Part shown: in pieces, positions 1-8,566 of the stretch
How positions within the stretch are numbered: the first letter of the stretch is position 1
Layout of the letters: every line of letters starts with the position of its first letter
Assembly (NCBI GenBank): GCA_002162695.1
Contig: MAAM01000013.1
Span: 14,510 to 78,509, forward strand
Reading direction: 5' to 3'
Length of the DNA: 64,000 bases
DNA from: Cycloclasticus sp. 46_120_T64
GTDB lineage: Bacteria > Pseudomonadota > Gammaproteobacteria > Methylococcales > Cycloclasticaceae
Translations under genes and position numbers: made by a program
The notes under the pieces: model-generated
Seen by the model: the letters and a program-made list of their open reading frames with translations, nothing else
Databases searched by the model: none
What the model was told of the DNA's origin: nothing

Positions 1-240
1 TAGCGATACCCCCGACAGCACTTTTAGTTGCCCAGCTTGCGCCACAGAAAAACCGCTAAAACGCCTGGCCAACCAAGCCGCCGCGATGATCAACAGCAGG
101 ACAAACAGCAAACCCACCGTCCATTGCGTTAAATTAGCTGTAGATAAAGGGTCTACGCTCTCCGAACCAATTACCGTTGGCGCAGCCAGTGCGGCGCTCA
201 TGAAAAGCGATAACAACAGGCTATATAGTAATCTAAGCAT
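1..240 (-). CDS. fliO: Flagellar biosynthesis protein FliO, N-terminal part (runs off the left edge)
   Basis: The minus-strand ATG at 238-240 overlaps the fliN stop (TAATG). The translation is MLRLLYSLLLSLFMSAALAAP...TVGLLFVLLLIIAAAWLARRFSGF...LKVLSGVSL, with one TM helix. It sits in the canonical fliL-M-N-O order. Confidence 0.7.
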   Translation of the reverse strand, partial: MLRLLYSLLLSLFMSAALAAPTVIGSESVDPLSTANLTQWTVGLLFVLLLIIAAAWLARRFSGFSVAQAGQLKVLSGVSL

Positions 241-716
241 TACTTTAATTTTTTAACCCGTTCTGCCGGACTAATAATATCGGTCAGCCGTAAACCAAAC
301 TTATCATTCACCACCACCACTTCACCTCGCGCAATCAATGTTTGATTAACCAATACATCCATCGGCTCACCCGCCAAGCGATCGAGTTCAATCACAGAAC
401 CTTGATTCAACTGCAAAAGATTACGAATACTAATTTTTGTACTACCCACTTCCATTGAAACCGTCACCGGTACATCTAAAATAACGTCGAGGTTTAATTC
501 ACTATTAACACTGCTGCCGCCAGTATCCGCCAGCGCATCAAACGAAGCCGCTTCGGCATCCGCTTGTTCGTTAAGCGCATCCCCCCAGTCAGCACCGGCT
601 TCGGCATCCGCTTGTTCTTCTAAGGCATCACCCCAATCTGCATCAGCTTCACCGCTTGCTTGTTCATCTAAGGCATCCCCCCAATCCGCACCATCATTAT
701 TGTCATCATCAGCCAT
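240..716 (-). CDS. fliN: Flagellar motor switch protein FliN (C-terminal SpoA domain) with an acidic triple-repeat N-terminus
   Basis: The 158-aa ORF has a FliN/SpoA-like C-terminal half, LDVILDVPVTVSMEVGSTKISIRNLLQLNQGSVIELDRLAGEPMDVLVNQTLIARGEVVVVNDKFGLRLTDI. It lies directly after fliM. Confidence 0.92.
   Translation of the reverse strand: MADDDNNDGADWGDALDEQASGEADADWGDALEEQADAEAGADWGDALNEQADAEAASFDALADTGGSSVNSELNLDVILDVPVTVSMEVGSTKISIRNLLQLNQGSVIELDRLAGEPMDVLVNQTLIARGEVVVVNDKFGLRLTDIISPAERVKKLK
546..689 (-). repeat. Three tandem 48-nt (16-aa) repeats inside fliN encoding ADWGDAL(D/E/N)EQA(S/D)(G/A)EA(D/G/A)
   Basis: The repeats are read directly from the translation: ADWGDALDEQASGEAD / ADWGDALEEQADAEAG / ADWGDALNEQADAEAA. 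Confidence 0.9.
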
Positions 717-719
717 ACC

Positions 720-1727
720 CTACCCCTCTTTGTTTATCACACTTTTCATTTCTTCACGCTCCATTTTCTCTTCCAGCTGAACCGCAAAATTGCCATTACT
801 CACCCCAAGCTTGCCCCTAAATAGCGGCATTTCACCCGACTCGAGGATGATTCTGTCTGGCAAATCAATCGGTATCACATCCCCCACCTGAAAATCCACC
901 ACCTCTCGCAGCTGCATTTCTTTTTTCAACAGCGTACCAACCAATTCGACATCAGCCGTCTTGATATCGTTTCTTAGGGTGTTTTTCCAGCGTTCATCGG
1001 TATCACCTCGGTCACTCTGGATACCCGCATCCAGCAATTCACGGATCGGCTCAAGCATCGTGTAAGGCAGGCTAAATTGGATATCCCCCCCTCCGCCCTC
1101 GAGCTCTAAATGAATCGTTGACACCACCATTATTTCGGTAGGGGTTACGATATTGGCAAACTGCGGATTAACCTCAGAGTTAGCATACTCAAAGTCCAGC
1201 TTCAAAACCGGCTGCCAAGCCTTCGTCAGATCTTTAAAAATAATATCTAAAACAATTCGAATAACACGCATTTCTGTTGCGGTAAACTCACGCCCCTCGA
1301 CCTTATTGTGAAAACGCCCAGACCCACCAAAATAGGTATCGACGATGGAAAAAACCAAACTAGGGTCAAGCACGAATAAAGCGGAGCCCCTCAGTGGCTT
1401 AATTTTAACGATATTGATATTCGTTGGCACAAACAGGCTATGCACATACTCGGAAAATTTCAGCATTTGAATACCCGAAATAGAAATTTCAGTCGAACGC
1501 CTTAAAAAATTAAATAAGCTAACACGAAAATAACGGGCAAACCGCTCGTTGACCATTTCCAAGGTCGGCATTCTGCCGCGAATAATCCTATCTTGGCTAC
1601 TAAAGTCGTACTCACTTGCATCTCCTGAGGGCCCATCGACACCCGCTTCGGTTTCCACATCGCCGTCATCAACCCCATGCAATAAGGCATCAATTTCATC
1701 TTGAGATAATAGGTCTAAATCAGACAT
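720..1727 (-). CDS. fliM: Flagellar motor switch protein FliM
   Basis: The 335-aa ORF has the N-terminal CheY-P binding motif LSQDEIDALL. The FliM middle domain and a C-terminal SpoA-like region follow. Confidence 0.95.
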   Translation of the reverse strand: MSDLDLLSQDEIDALLHGVDDGDVETEAGVDGPSGDASEYDFSSQDRIIRGRMPTLEMVNERFARYFRVSLFNFLRRSTEISISGIQMLKFSEYVHSLFVPTNINIVKIKPLRGSALFVLDPSLVFSIVDTYFGGSGRFHNKVEGREFTATEMRVIRIVLDIIFKDLTKAWQPVLKLDFEYANSEVNPQFANIVTPTEIMVVSTIHLELEGGGGDIQFSLPYTMLEPIRELLDAGIQSDRGDTDERWKNTLRNDIKTADVELVGTLLKKEMQLREVVDFQVGDVIPIDLPDRIILESGEMPLFRGKLGVSNGNFAVQLEEKMEREEMKSVINKEG

Positions 1728-2303
1728 TTACTGCATCACCAGATCGGTAAAAAAAACATTTTTCACCGATGAAGAAACCTTGACGCTATCCAATACTTTA
1801 TTGATCTCGGTCTTAATCGTAAGCTGCAATTTCACCTTACCCTTCGCCGTTTTCAACATCTCTGGGTCTTGGCTAGATAACATGAGTAAAATATTATTAC
1901 GAATCACTGGGTCATGTAAGGTAATGGCATCAATAACCGCTTGTTCACTTGCCATCACACTGACAGCCAACTTCATAACCTGTATATTTCCACCCGGAAA
2001 ATTAACCATAAAGGGCGGCATCAGCGCGTGATAAATAGCCGTATTAGCGGCGATCCCCCCACCCTCTTCACTACCCTCACCGTCGCTTTCAGCATCATTA
2101 GAGCCTGAGTCCGAATCGGTGTCAGCATCCATCGACTCCTCTGCCGTAGGCTCTGCGGGTTCATCATCGAAGAAACCACTAAAAAACAACCCCGCCCCCA
2201 CAAGAATAAGCACGCCAACAGCGCCACCTACCATCATCATTAATTTTTTCTTAGAGCCTGCCTCAGCGTCAACCGATTCACTTTGCTCTTCTTGCTCCGC
2301 CAT
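1728..2303 (-). CDS. fliL: Flagellar basal-body-associated protein FliL (start moved to MAEQEEQ...)
   Basis: The protein has one TM helix (LMMMVGGAVGVLILVGAGLFF) and a FliL C-terminal domain (YHALMPPFMVNF...LTLHDPVIRNNILLML). The ORF-track extension to 2369 contains a sigma54 promoter, so the ATG at 2301-2303, preceded by AAGGTG, is preferred. Confidence 0.85.
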   Translation of the reverse strand: MAEQEEQSESVDAEAGSKKKLMMMVGGAVGVLILVGAGLFFSGFFDDEPAEPTAEESMDADTDSDSGSNDAESDGEGSEEGGGIAANTAIYHALMPPFMVNFPGGNIQVMKLAVSVMASEQAVIDAITLHDPVIRNNILLMLSSQDPEMLKTAKGKVKLQLTIKTEINKVLDSVKVSSSVKNVFFTDLVMQ

Positions 2304-2337
2304 GATGCACCTTAAAGTTTGAATAAAACATAATAAA

Positions 2338-2352
2338 GCAAATGCCATGCCA
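2338..2352 (-). promoter_or_regulatory. Sigma54 (-24/-12) promoter of the fliLMNO operon
   Basis: The minus strand reads TGGCATGGCATTTGCT, an exact fit to TGGCAC-N5-TTGCW in GG/GC spacing. It lies 35-49 nt upstream of the proposed fliL ATG. Confidence 0.7.
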
Positions 2353-2776
2353 TAGATAAAAGCAAACATTTACAATGACTTACAGAAGACACCTGTTCTT
2401 CAGTCAAATTTAAGTCATTATTATATGTCCGTAACAAGTCAACAAGTCAACATTCTGGCGGCATCATATAGCCTCTGGGTCAGCACCATCAGCATAACGG
2501 TAACGACAAAAACACCAACAACAAGCCATCATTCAAGTCCCTGTTAAGGCTTAGATACGACGCCTTCTTCAGCTAAGAACTAGTTTTAATATATAGGCGA
2601 ACGCAGACAAGGCTGTGTGGATAAAAACGCACAAAACCATAAAAAACGGGAGGGGGAGCAACGCATCAAGTCTGGGGGCCGCAGTTAGCAAACGAAGGAA
2701 CCATTATCTAGGAAGATCCAACCGAGTTTATTAGGGCAAATAAACAAAGCTTGCTGGTGAAGCGCTTTAGGTGTTT

Positions 2777-2820
2777 CGACCTGCTTTGAACACCGGCAGT
2801 AGGTGTTCAAAGCAGGGTCG
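2777..2820 (-). terminator. Long stem-loop about 45 nt downstream of the fliK stop (possible terminator, no clear U-tract)
   Basis: CGACCTGCTTTGAACACC-ggcagta-GGTGTTCAAAGCAGGGTCG forms an 18-bp stem with one bulge. No T-run follows it on either strand. Confidence 0.3.
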
Positions 2821-2864
2821 TATTGTCAAACGCAGCAATGACTACTGAGGCCTATCTTAGGTTA

Positions 2865-4226
2865 TTAAGCGAAGTCGCTAAATAGCCCTTCATAGCGGCG
2901 CGACGCAGCCTCCGATTCATCAAAGAGAGATTCCTCTTGTTCGGCCTCGCTTAGCCGCCCGAGCTTATCATCCGTTGTCGACGCTTGTTTTTCACGCTGC
3001 TCCGCAAAAGAGTGCTGAGAGACATCAACATCGACTAAATTAACATTTTGCTCGCTTAACATCTCACGTAAGCGCGGTAGCGCCGCATCAATAGCCTCAC
3101 GCGTCGCCCCATGCTGAGCGGTAAAAGAAATACTCAGCTGTTCATTTTGCAATTGAATTTTGACCTCAACAGGCCCCATATGTTGCGGGTTGATACGAAT
3201 TTGCGCACCACTAACAGACTGATTCACCGCCCACTGTACACGCTGGTTAAAATCCTGCCCCCAACGCGAGTGCCCGACAGGCGTATCCAGCGAGATCGTA
3301 GGTCGATCCACAAGGGCTTGTGGCGTAGCGCCTACGGTTTGAGCAGGCGCCCCTGCTACCATTCTCTCAGTCGTTTGTTGCATAGCCGCTAACTGAGTTT
3401 GAGCAAGCGGCCCTTTCAACAAACCCTCAGGCTCTGGCATCTGAGCCGCCACCCCTTTCAACAAACCTTCAGCCGCTTGCACCTGACCAATCGTCCCTTT
3501 CATTAGTACCTCAGCCGGCAAAACCACCTCTGCGGAAGCAGCGCTAGGCTTGTTTATTTTAACCACACCCGCCTTCTGCGCCAAATTATGCTGCCGCAAA
3601 TCCACTCCAGCGGAAAATGCTGCGCTTCGATCATTGCTAATATCAAATAACGTTTTTTGTTCAACCGATAAGCTTTCCAGTCGGTAAGGAAGCAGTTCAT
3701 TAGTCTGAGCGAGCGGGTCAAAAACGATATCTCCCCCAGCTTCATAATTAACGCCCTCGGCAGCAACCAAGTCATCCTCTGTCGTTAGAAAATCCTCGAC
3801 AACCTCAGGTGGAAATAAATTGCCGCTTTCAGACGCTACAGCGGCAACCTCTGGCAAGTCAACAAGACTATCAACAGCCATCAATTCGCCCGTAGCCTCT
3901 TCAGCTAAAGTCTCAGCTAACAACTCTGCTGGTAAAACATTAGGTGACACTTGCCGTGATTCGGGCTTAACACTATGTTGACTTGGGTTAAACTGAACGC
4001 CATGTTCAACAGCCGACTTATCATCAACGGCCTGTTTAGCAGCAGCATTTCCCTTAGCTTTATCCGCTGGCTCGGCTTGTCGCTTCTCGGCCAGCTGATC
4101 CATTTTTTTATCGAAATGCTCGGAAAAACCACGACCATTAGAATCAGAGCCAGCCACGGCAGGGCTATCAACGGCATCGAGTTTTGACGTCGCAACTGAC
4201 AAACCAGGTATCAAGGGAACAGCCAT
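2865..4226 (-). CDS. fliK: Flagellar hook-length control protein FliK
   Basis: The 453-aa ORF has a low-complexity Ala/Glu/Pro-rich N-terminal part. Its conserved FliK C-terminal domain reads RWGQDFNQRVQWAVNQSVSGAQIRINPQHMGPVEVKIQLQNEQLSISFTAQHGATREAI. The RBS AAGGAGA precedes the start. Confidence 0.88.
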   Translation of the reverse strand: MAVPLIPGLSVATSKLDAVDSPAVAGSDSNGRGFSEHFDKKMDQLAEKRQAEPADKAKGNAAAKQAVDDKSAVEHGVQFNPSQHSVKPESRQVSPNVLPAELLAETLAEEATGELMAVDSLVDLPEVAAVASESGNLFPPEVVEDFLTTEDDLVAAEGVNYEAGGDIVFDPLAQTNELLPYRLESLSVEQKTLFDISNDRSAAFSAGVDLRQHNLAQKAGVVKINKPSAASAEVVLPAEVLMKGTIGQVQAAEGLLKGVAAQMPEPEGLLKGPLAQTQLAAMQQTTERMVAGAPAQTVGATPQALVDRPTISLDTPVGHSRWGQDFNQRVQWAVNQSVSGAQIRINPQHMGPVEVKIQLQNEQLSISFTAQHGATREAIDAALPRLREMLSEQNVNLVDVDVSQHSFAEQREKQASTTDDKLGRLSEAEQEESLFDESEAASRRYEGLFSDFA

Positions 4227-4260
4227 ACTTTCTCCTTCTTATTCACATTGTTAGATTAAA

Positions 4261-4276
4261 GGCAAAATATATGCCA
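4261..4276 (-). promoter_or_regulatory. Sigma54 (-24/-12) promoter of fliK
   Basis: The minus strand reads TGGCATATATTTTGCC, with GG and GC at consensus spacing. It lies 35-50 nt upstream of the fliK ATG. Confidence 0.7.
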
Positions 4277-4398
4277 CAACCATTAATCAAACCACAAAAA
4301 ACAAATAATACTTCCCCCCCTTATAAAGCCAACTAATCCACCACCGCGCCGGCAATATCAACGACTTACCGCAGACAAACAAATGATTGGTTAAAATG

Positions 4399-4427
4399 TT
4401 GCTATTTTGGTAAAAAGCATTTAATGT
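4399..4427 (+). promoter_or_regulatory. Candidate sigma70 promoter of FadL paralog 1
   Basis: The sequence is TTGCTA-N17-TAATGT. The same TTGCTx -35 architecture recurs upstream of paralogs 2 and 3. Confidence 0.35.
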
Positions 4428-4482
4428 CTACTCAAGACTAATAAAAACAAACGTTTGTATCAGTAATTACAAGGAGAGAATA

Positions 4483-5964
4483 ATGAAAATATTTCACAAA
4501 ACACCTTTAGCTCTTGGCGTTGCCGCCGGCATGGCGATGCTAGCCGCCTCAACAGGCGCACAAGCAACTAATTCAGGCACTGACCTTAATTTATCCGCTA
4601 AAGCCCGCTCAGGCGGTATGGCGGGCGCAGCGTATACCATGCCACAGGAAGCTTCTGCAGCGATTTTTGGTAATCCTGCAACATTGACTCAGTTTAAAGG
4701 CATTAACGTTAACTTTGGCGCATCAATGATTACCTTAATGGATGCACAAAACCAACAACAAACAACCATTACCGGTGGCGTACTAGCAGGAACATCCACA
4801 AACAAATCAAATTCCGATGCTAATAACTACGTCATTCCAGACCTAGGCATTAGCCTGCAGGTCTCACCAAATCTAGTGATTGGTACAGGCTTAGAGGTTG
4901 ACTCTGGCCTCGGCGCTGATTACCGAGATGATCCCTTAAGCTTATTTGCCGGAGCCTTAGCTGGCGCAGGCTTACCACAAACTGGCGTTCCTCTGTTAGT
5001 TGAAGTTATTTCCTTTAGCGCTAACCTAGCCGCCGCCTACCAAGTAACCGACCAACTCTCTGTTGGCGCATCTGCGACGATTGGTTTTGGCTTAGCACAA
5101 TTAGGAACAGCAGGCCCAACAATAGGCCTCGATGCATTAAGTACGGCTCTAGGGGCATCTCCTACATCTCCAGCGACTGGACCATTAAGCGATTTTGGTG
5201 GAACAACGTCTAGCGTACACGATATCGGCTTTGGCGCTACCCTTGGTGCCACCTACTTAGTGGAAGAAGGCATCATGCTGAGTGCTACAGTAAAGAGCCC
5301 TCTATCCTATAACTATAAAAACATCATCTTCGCGGAATCAGGTGCAACTACTGTGCATGGTCACGATGGTTACCAAGACCTCACCCTGCAAAACCCAACC
5401 GAGGTTATATTTGGTGTAGCTTTAGATAACGTCATCATGCCGGGTTTATTAGTTGAAGCCGATGCGATTTGGAAAAACTGGTCCGATGCTCAAACCTTCC
5501 AAGACGTCTTCGAAGATCAATGGTTATTAACCATCGGCGCGCAATACAAAACCGGAGATTGGACTTACCGTGCAGGGTATAGCTATGCTCAAGATATCCT
5601 ATCAGACAAACCCAATAATACTCTCGGCGGTTTAGACGGCTTAGGCAGCGTACCACTTGGTACCGGACCGTTTGAAGCAATTTCAGTTGATGTAATTGAG
5701 CTAGTACAAGTATCCCTAGTACCGGTCATTTGGGAACATACGGTAACAGCTGGTATTGGTTACCAAATCACCGATGCAGTATCCGTTGATGGCTTTGTTT
5801 CCTACGCATTTGCCGATACTGAAACCAGGAATCCCGCCACTCTAGATGCCACAGCATTGGGCTTAATCGGTGTAACTGGAGCAACCGCCGTTGATACGGA
5901 ATATAAAGTGAACCTAGACGCTGAGATCATGGCAGGTATCGGTATCAATATCGCATTACCTTAA
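4483..5964 (+). CDS. FadL/TodX-family outer-membrane hydrophobic-compound channel, paralog 1
   Basis: The 493-aa ORF has a signal peptide ending AQA. Its N-terminal hatch-like motif [37 protein letters not shown] compares with E. coli FadL [38 protein letters not shown] compares with FadL WTFRTGIAFDD. The RBS AAGGAGAG precedes the start. Confidence 0.8.
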   Translation: [493 protein letters not shown]

Positions 5965-5992
5965 TAGTTAGTTTTTCATAACTAAGAAACCT

Positions 5993-6020
5993 AAAACCCC
6001 GCATTTGCGGGGTTTTTTTT
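5993..6020 (+). terminator. Rho-independent terminator after FadL paralog 1
   Basis: CCCCGC-attt-GCGGGG is followed by T8. Confidence 0.85.
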
Positions 6021-6297
6021 CGCCCTAAAAAAATCTTACTGAGCCAAGCTCCCTACAAGGGTTATCAATACTGCGGCCCCCTCATTTAAAGCGAAATACA
6101 AAATACTAATTTCACCACCATTTTTCAATAACGGCTAACTAAAAAATCATTACGCCTCTTAGCTCCTTCTCCTGCATCTTCGCCGTCATCAAACCAACCT
6201 TGTACTAATGAGCAAGCGCCACCCAAGTCTCAGCGTTTTTCCAAAAAAATTTCATCTATAGCTAGAGATTGCACCTTAGTTGCAAAAAAACGAACGC

Positions 6298-6327
6298 TTG
6301 CTTTATTTGTTGTTTTTTTGATACTAT
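6298..6327 (+). promoter_or_regulatory. Candidate sigma70 promoter of FadL paralog 2
   Basis: The sequence is TTGCTT-N18-TACTAT. Confidence 0.3.
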
Positions 6328-6393
6328 GCCGCCCACTAACAAACGAACATTTGTTACAAGCTAATTTAAGCAAAATATAACAAGGAATATAGC

Positions 6394-7860
6394 GTGAAAT
6401 TATTCAAAAAAACTCCATTATCAGCAGGGGTTAGCTGCGGCTTAGCTCTATTAGCTGTATCAACTGGCGCACTAGCAAGCAGTGCCGGAACAGACCTCAA
6501 TTTATCGACTAAAGCCCGCGCTGGCGCCATGGCTGGGGCAGCATACACTATGCCTCAAGAACCATCGGCAGCGGTTTTTGGTAACCCTGCTACCCTCACT
6601 CAGTTCAAAGGTATTAACTTTAACTTTGGTGCGACATTAATGGGTTTGGCGAATGCCGAGCAACAGCAACAAACGACCATTGCAGGCGTTGGTACATTTA
6701 CCAATAAGTCACACTCTGACGCAAATAACTACGTACTACCGGACCTTGGTATCACCCTACAGGTCTCACCAAACCTAGTGATTGGTACTGGCTTAGAAGT
6801 AGACTCAGGTATTGGTGCCGATTACCGCGATGACCCAATAAGCCTGTTCGGTGGCGCTCTAGCTCCCTTGACTGGTGTGCAAACTGCCGTTCCACTATTG
6901 GTAGAAGTTATTTCATTTAGTGCGAATTTAGCCGCCGCCTATCAAGTAAACGAACAGTTATCTGTTGGTGCATCAGCAACAATCGGTTTTGGTTTGGCGC
7001 AATTAGGTACCTCTGGGCCAACGGATGGGCTAGATGAATTGAATATGGCTCTACAATCGGCTTCTCAACTCCCTCCCGGCTCTACCACTTTGTCAGATTT
7101 TGGCGGAACAACGTCTAGTGTTCACGATATAGGTTTTGGTGCGTCACTCGGTGCCACCTACTTAGTACAAGAAGGCATTATGTTGAGTGCCACGGTAAAA
7201 AGCCCCTTATCGTATAACTACAACAATATCATCCACGCCAATCAAACTGCGGTACCCGCAGTACACGGACACGATGGTTATCAAGACCTCACCATTCAAA
7301 ACCCAACTGAAGTTATTTTTGGCATAGCACTCGATAACGTGATCATGCCTGGCTTACTGGTTGAAGCCGATGCCATTTGGAAAAACTGGTCCGACGCACA
7401 AACATTCGAAGATGTATACGAAGACCAGTGGATACTAAACTTTGGTGCACAATACCAAGCTGGTGATTGGACCTACCGCGCAGGTTATAGTTATGCACAA
7501 GACGTATTATCTGATAAACCAAATAATACACTCGGCGGTCTTGACGGCTTAGGTACTATCCCGCTGGGTGATACTGCATTTTCAGCTATTTCTTATGACG
7601 TGATTGAATTAGTGCAAACGACCTTGGTACCGATTCTTTGGAAACATACGGTCACCGCCGGTATTGGTTACCAAATTACCGATGCTGTATCGGTTGACGG
7701 TTATATTTCATACGCCTTTGCAGAAACAGAAAGCAGAAACCCTGCTACTCTCGATGGTATTGCCACTCTACTTGCCGGCAGCACCGTAACGACTGAATAT
7801 AAAACAAATCTCGATGCAGAAATGTTAGCGGGTGTTGGTATTAATATCGCACTGCCATAA
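6394..7860 (+). CDS. FadL/TodX-family outer-membrane channel, paralog 2 (GTG start)
   Basis: The 488-aa ORF is collinear with paralog 1 and highly similar to it along its whole length. The signal peptide ends ALA. Confidence 0.8.
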   Translation: [488 protein letters not shown]

Positions 7861-7886
7861 CGCTTCGCTTTATCGCTAGAAAACAG

Positions 7887-7912
7887 AACCCTGCTTCGGC
7901 AGGGTTTTTTTT
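7887..7912 (+). terminator. Rho-independent terminator after FadL paralog 2
   Basis: CCCTGC-ttcg-GCAGGG is followed by T8. Confidence 0.85.
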
Positions 7913-8139
7913 ACCATTTTATAACTCCCCCAATAACTAAAAGTGCTTATATAAACCCTAACAGTTCAAAGCATTAAAATTTCACAGCCAATACAAAAGC
8001 CACGCCTTAATACTTTTAAGCTTGGACCCCACAAAGAAAACGATAGCTCGCGATTCTTATTGTTTTTTTTGCTAACAGCTCATCCCATATAAAAAGGGAT
8101 ACTTGATACGGCTAATCTTAGAAGGCATGTTAGCGTAAT

Positions 8140-8405
8140 ACTATTCAACTAAACTCCATTCGACCTTGGAATCAGCAGTAATCTAGCTCCAGTGATCGAT
8201 TCAAGCCGTGCATTCGCTATCAGTAAAGGCCCCGACTTGAACTTATCGACTAAAGCACATGGCCGGAGCACGGTATACGCTTCATAAGTGTCCGCCTATA
8301 TTTTGGGTACTCATCCACCTTCCCCAATTCAAAGGGTTTATATAAATTATTGGCACATCCTATTGCTGGGCTATATCGATAACCAGCAAACGACAACTAT
8401 TGAGA
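8140..8405 (+). pseudogene. Decayed 5' remnant of a fourth FadL paralog
   Basis: The nucleotide sequence aligns with the first roughly 95 codons of paralog 2. For example, ttcaactaaactccatt / ttcaaaaaaactccatt, gacttgaacttatcgactaaagc / gacctcaatttatcgactaaagc and ccaattcaaagggtttatataaattattgg / ctcagttcaaaggtattaactttaactttgg. The remnant carries stops and frameshifts. A promoter-like cttattgttttttttgct remnant lies upstream at about 8057-8075. Confidence 0.65.
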
Positions 8406-8537
8406 ACCCCAAGGTTCTCGGTTGTCCGCTCAATGTAAGACAATAAGTTAACGGCACAAGCCACTGACATCATAGAAATTAGCGATACGCTGTCAATAAA
8501 TAAGATTTACCCTTTAAAAACAAACAATTGTATTTTG

Positions 8538-8566
8538 TTGCTTTTTAACAAAAAAAAAGATATTGT
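8538..8566 (+). promoter_or_regulatory. Candidate sigma70 promoter of FadL paralog 3
   Basis: The sequence is TTGCTT-N17-TATTGT. Confidence 0.3.

Noticed and set aside
2687-2703. Sigma54-like TGGTTCCTTCGTTTGCT on the minus strand in the fliK-fliL spacer
   Set aside because: The GG-to-GC spacing is one nucleotide too long, and a perfect element exists closer to fliL at 2338-2352.
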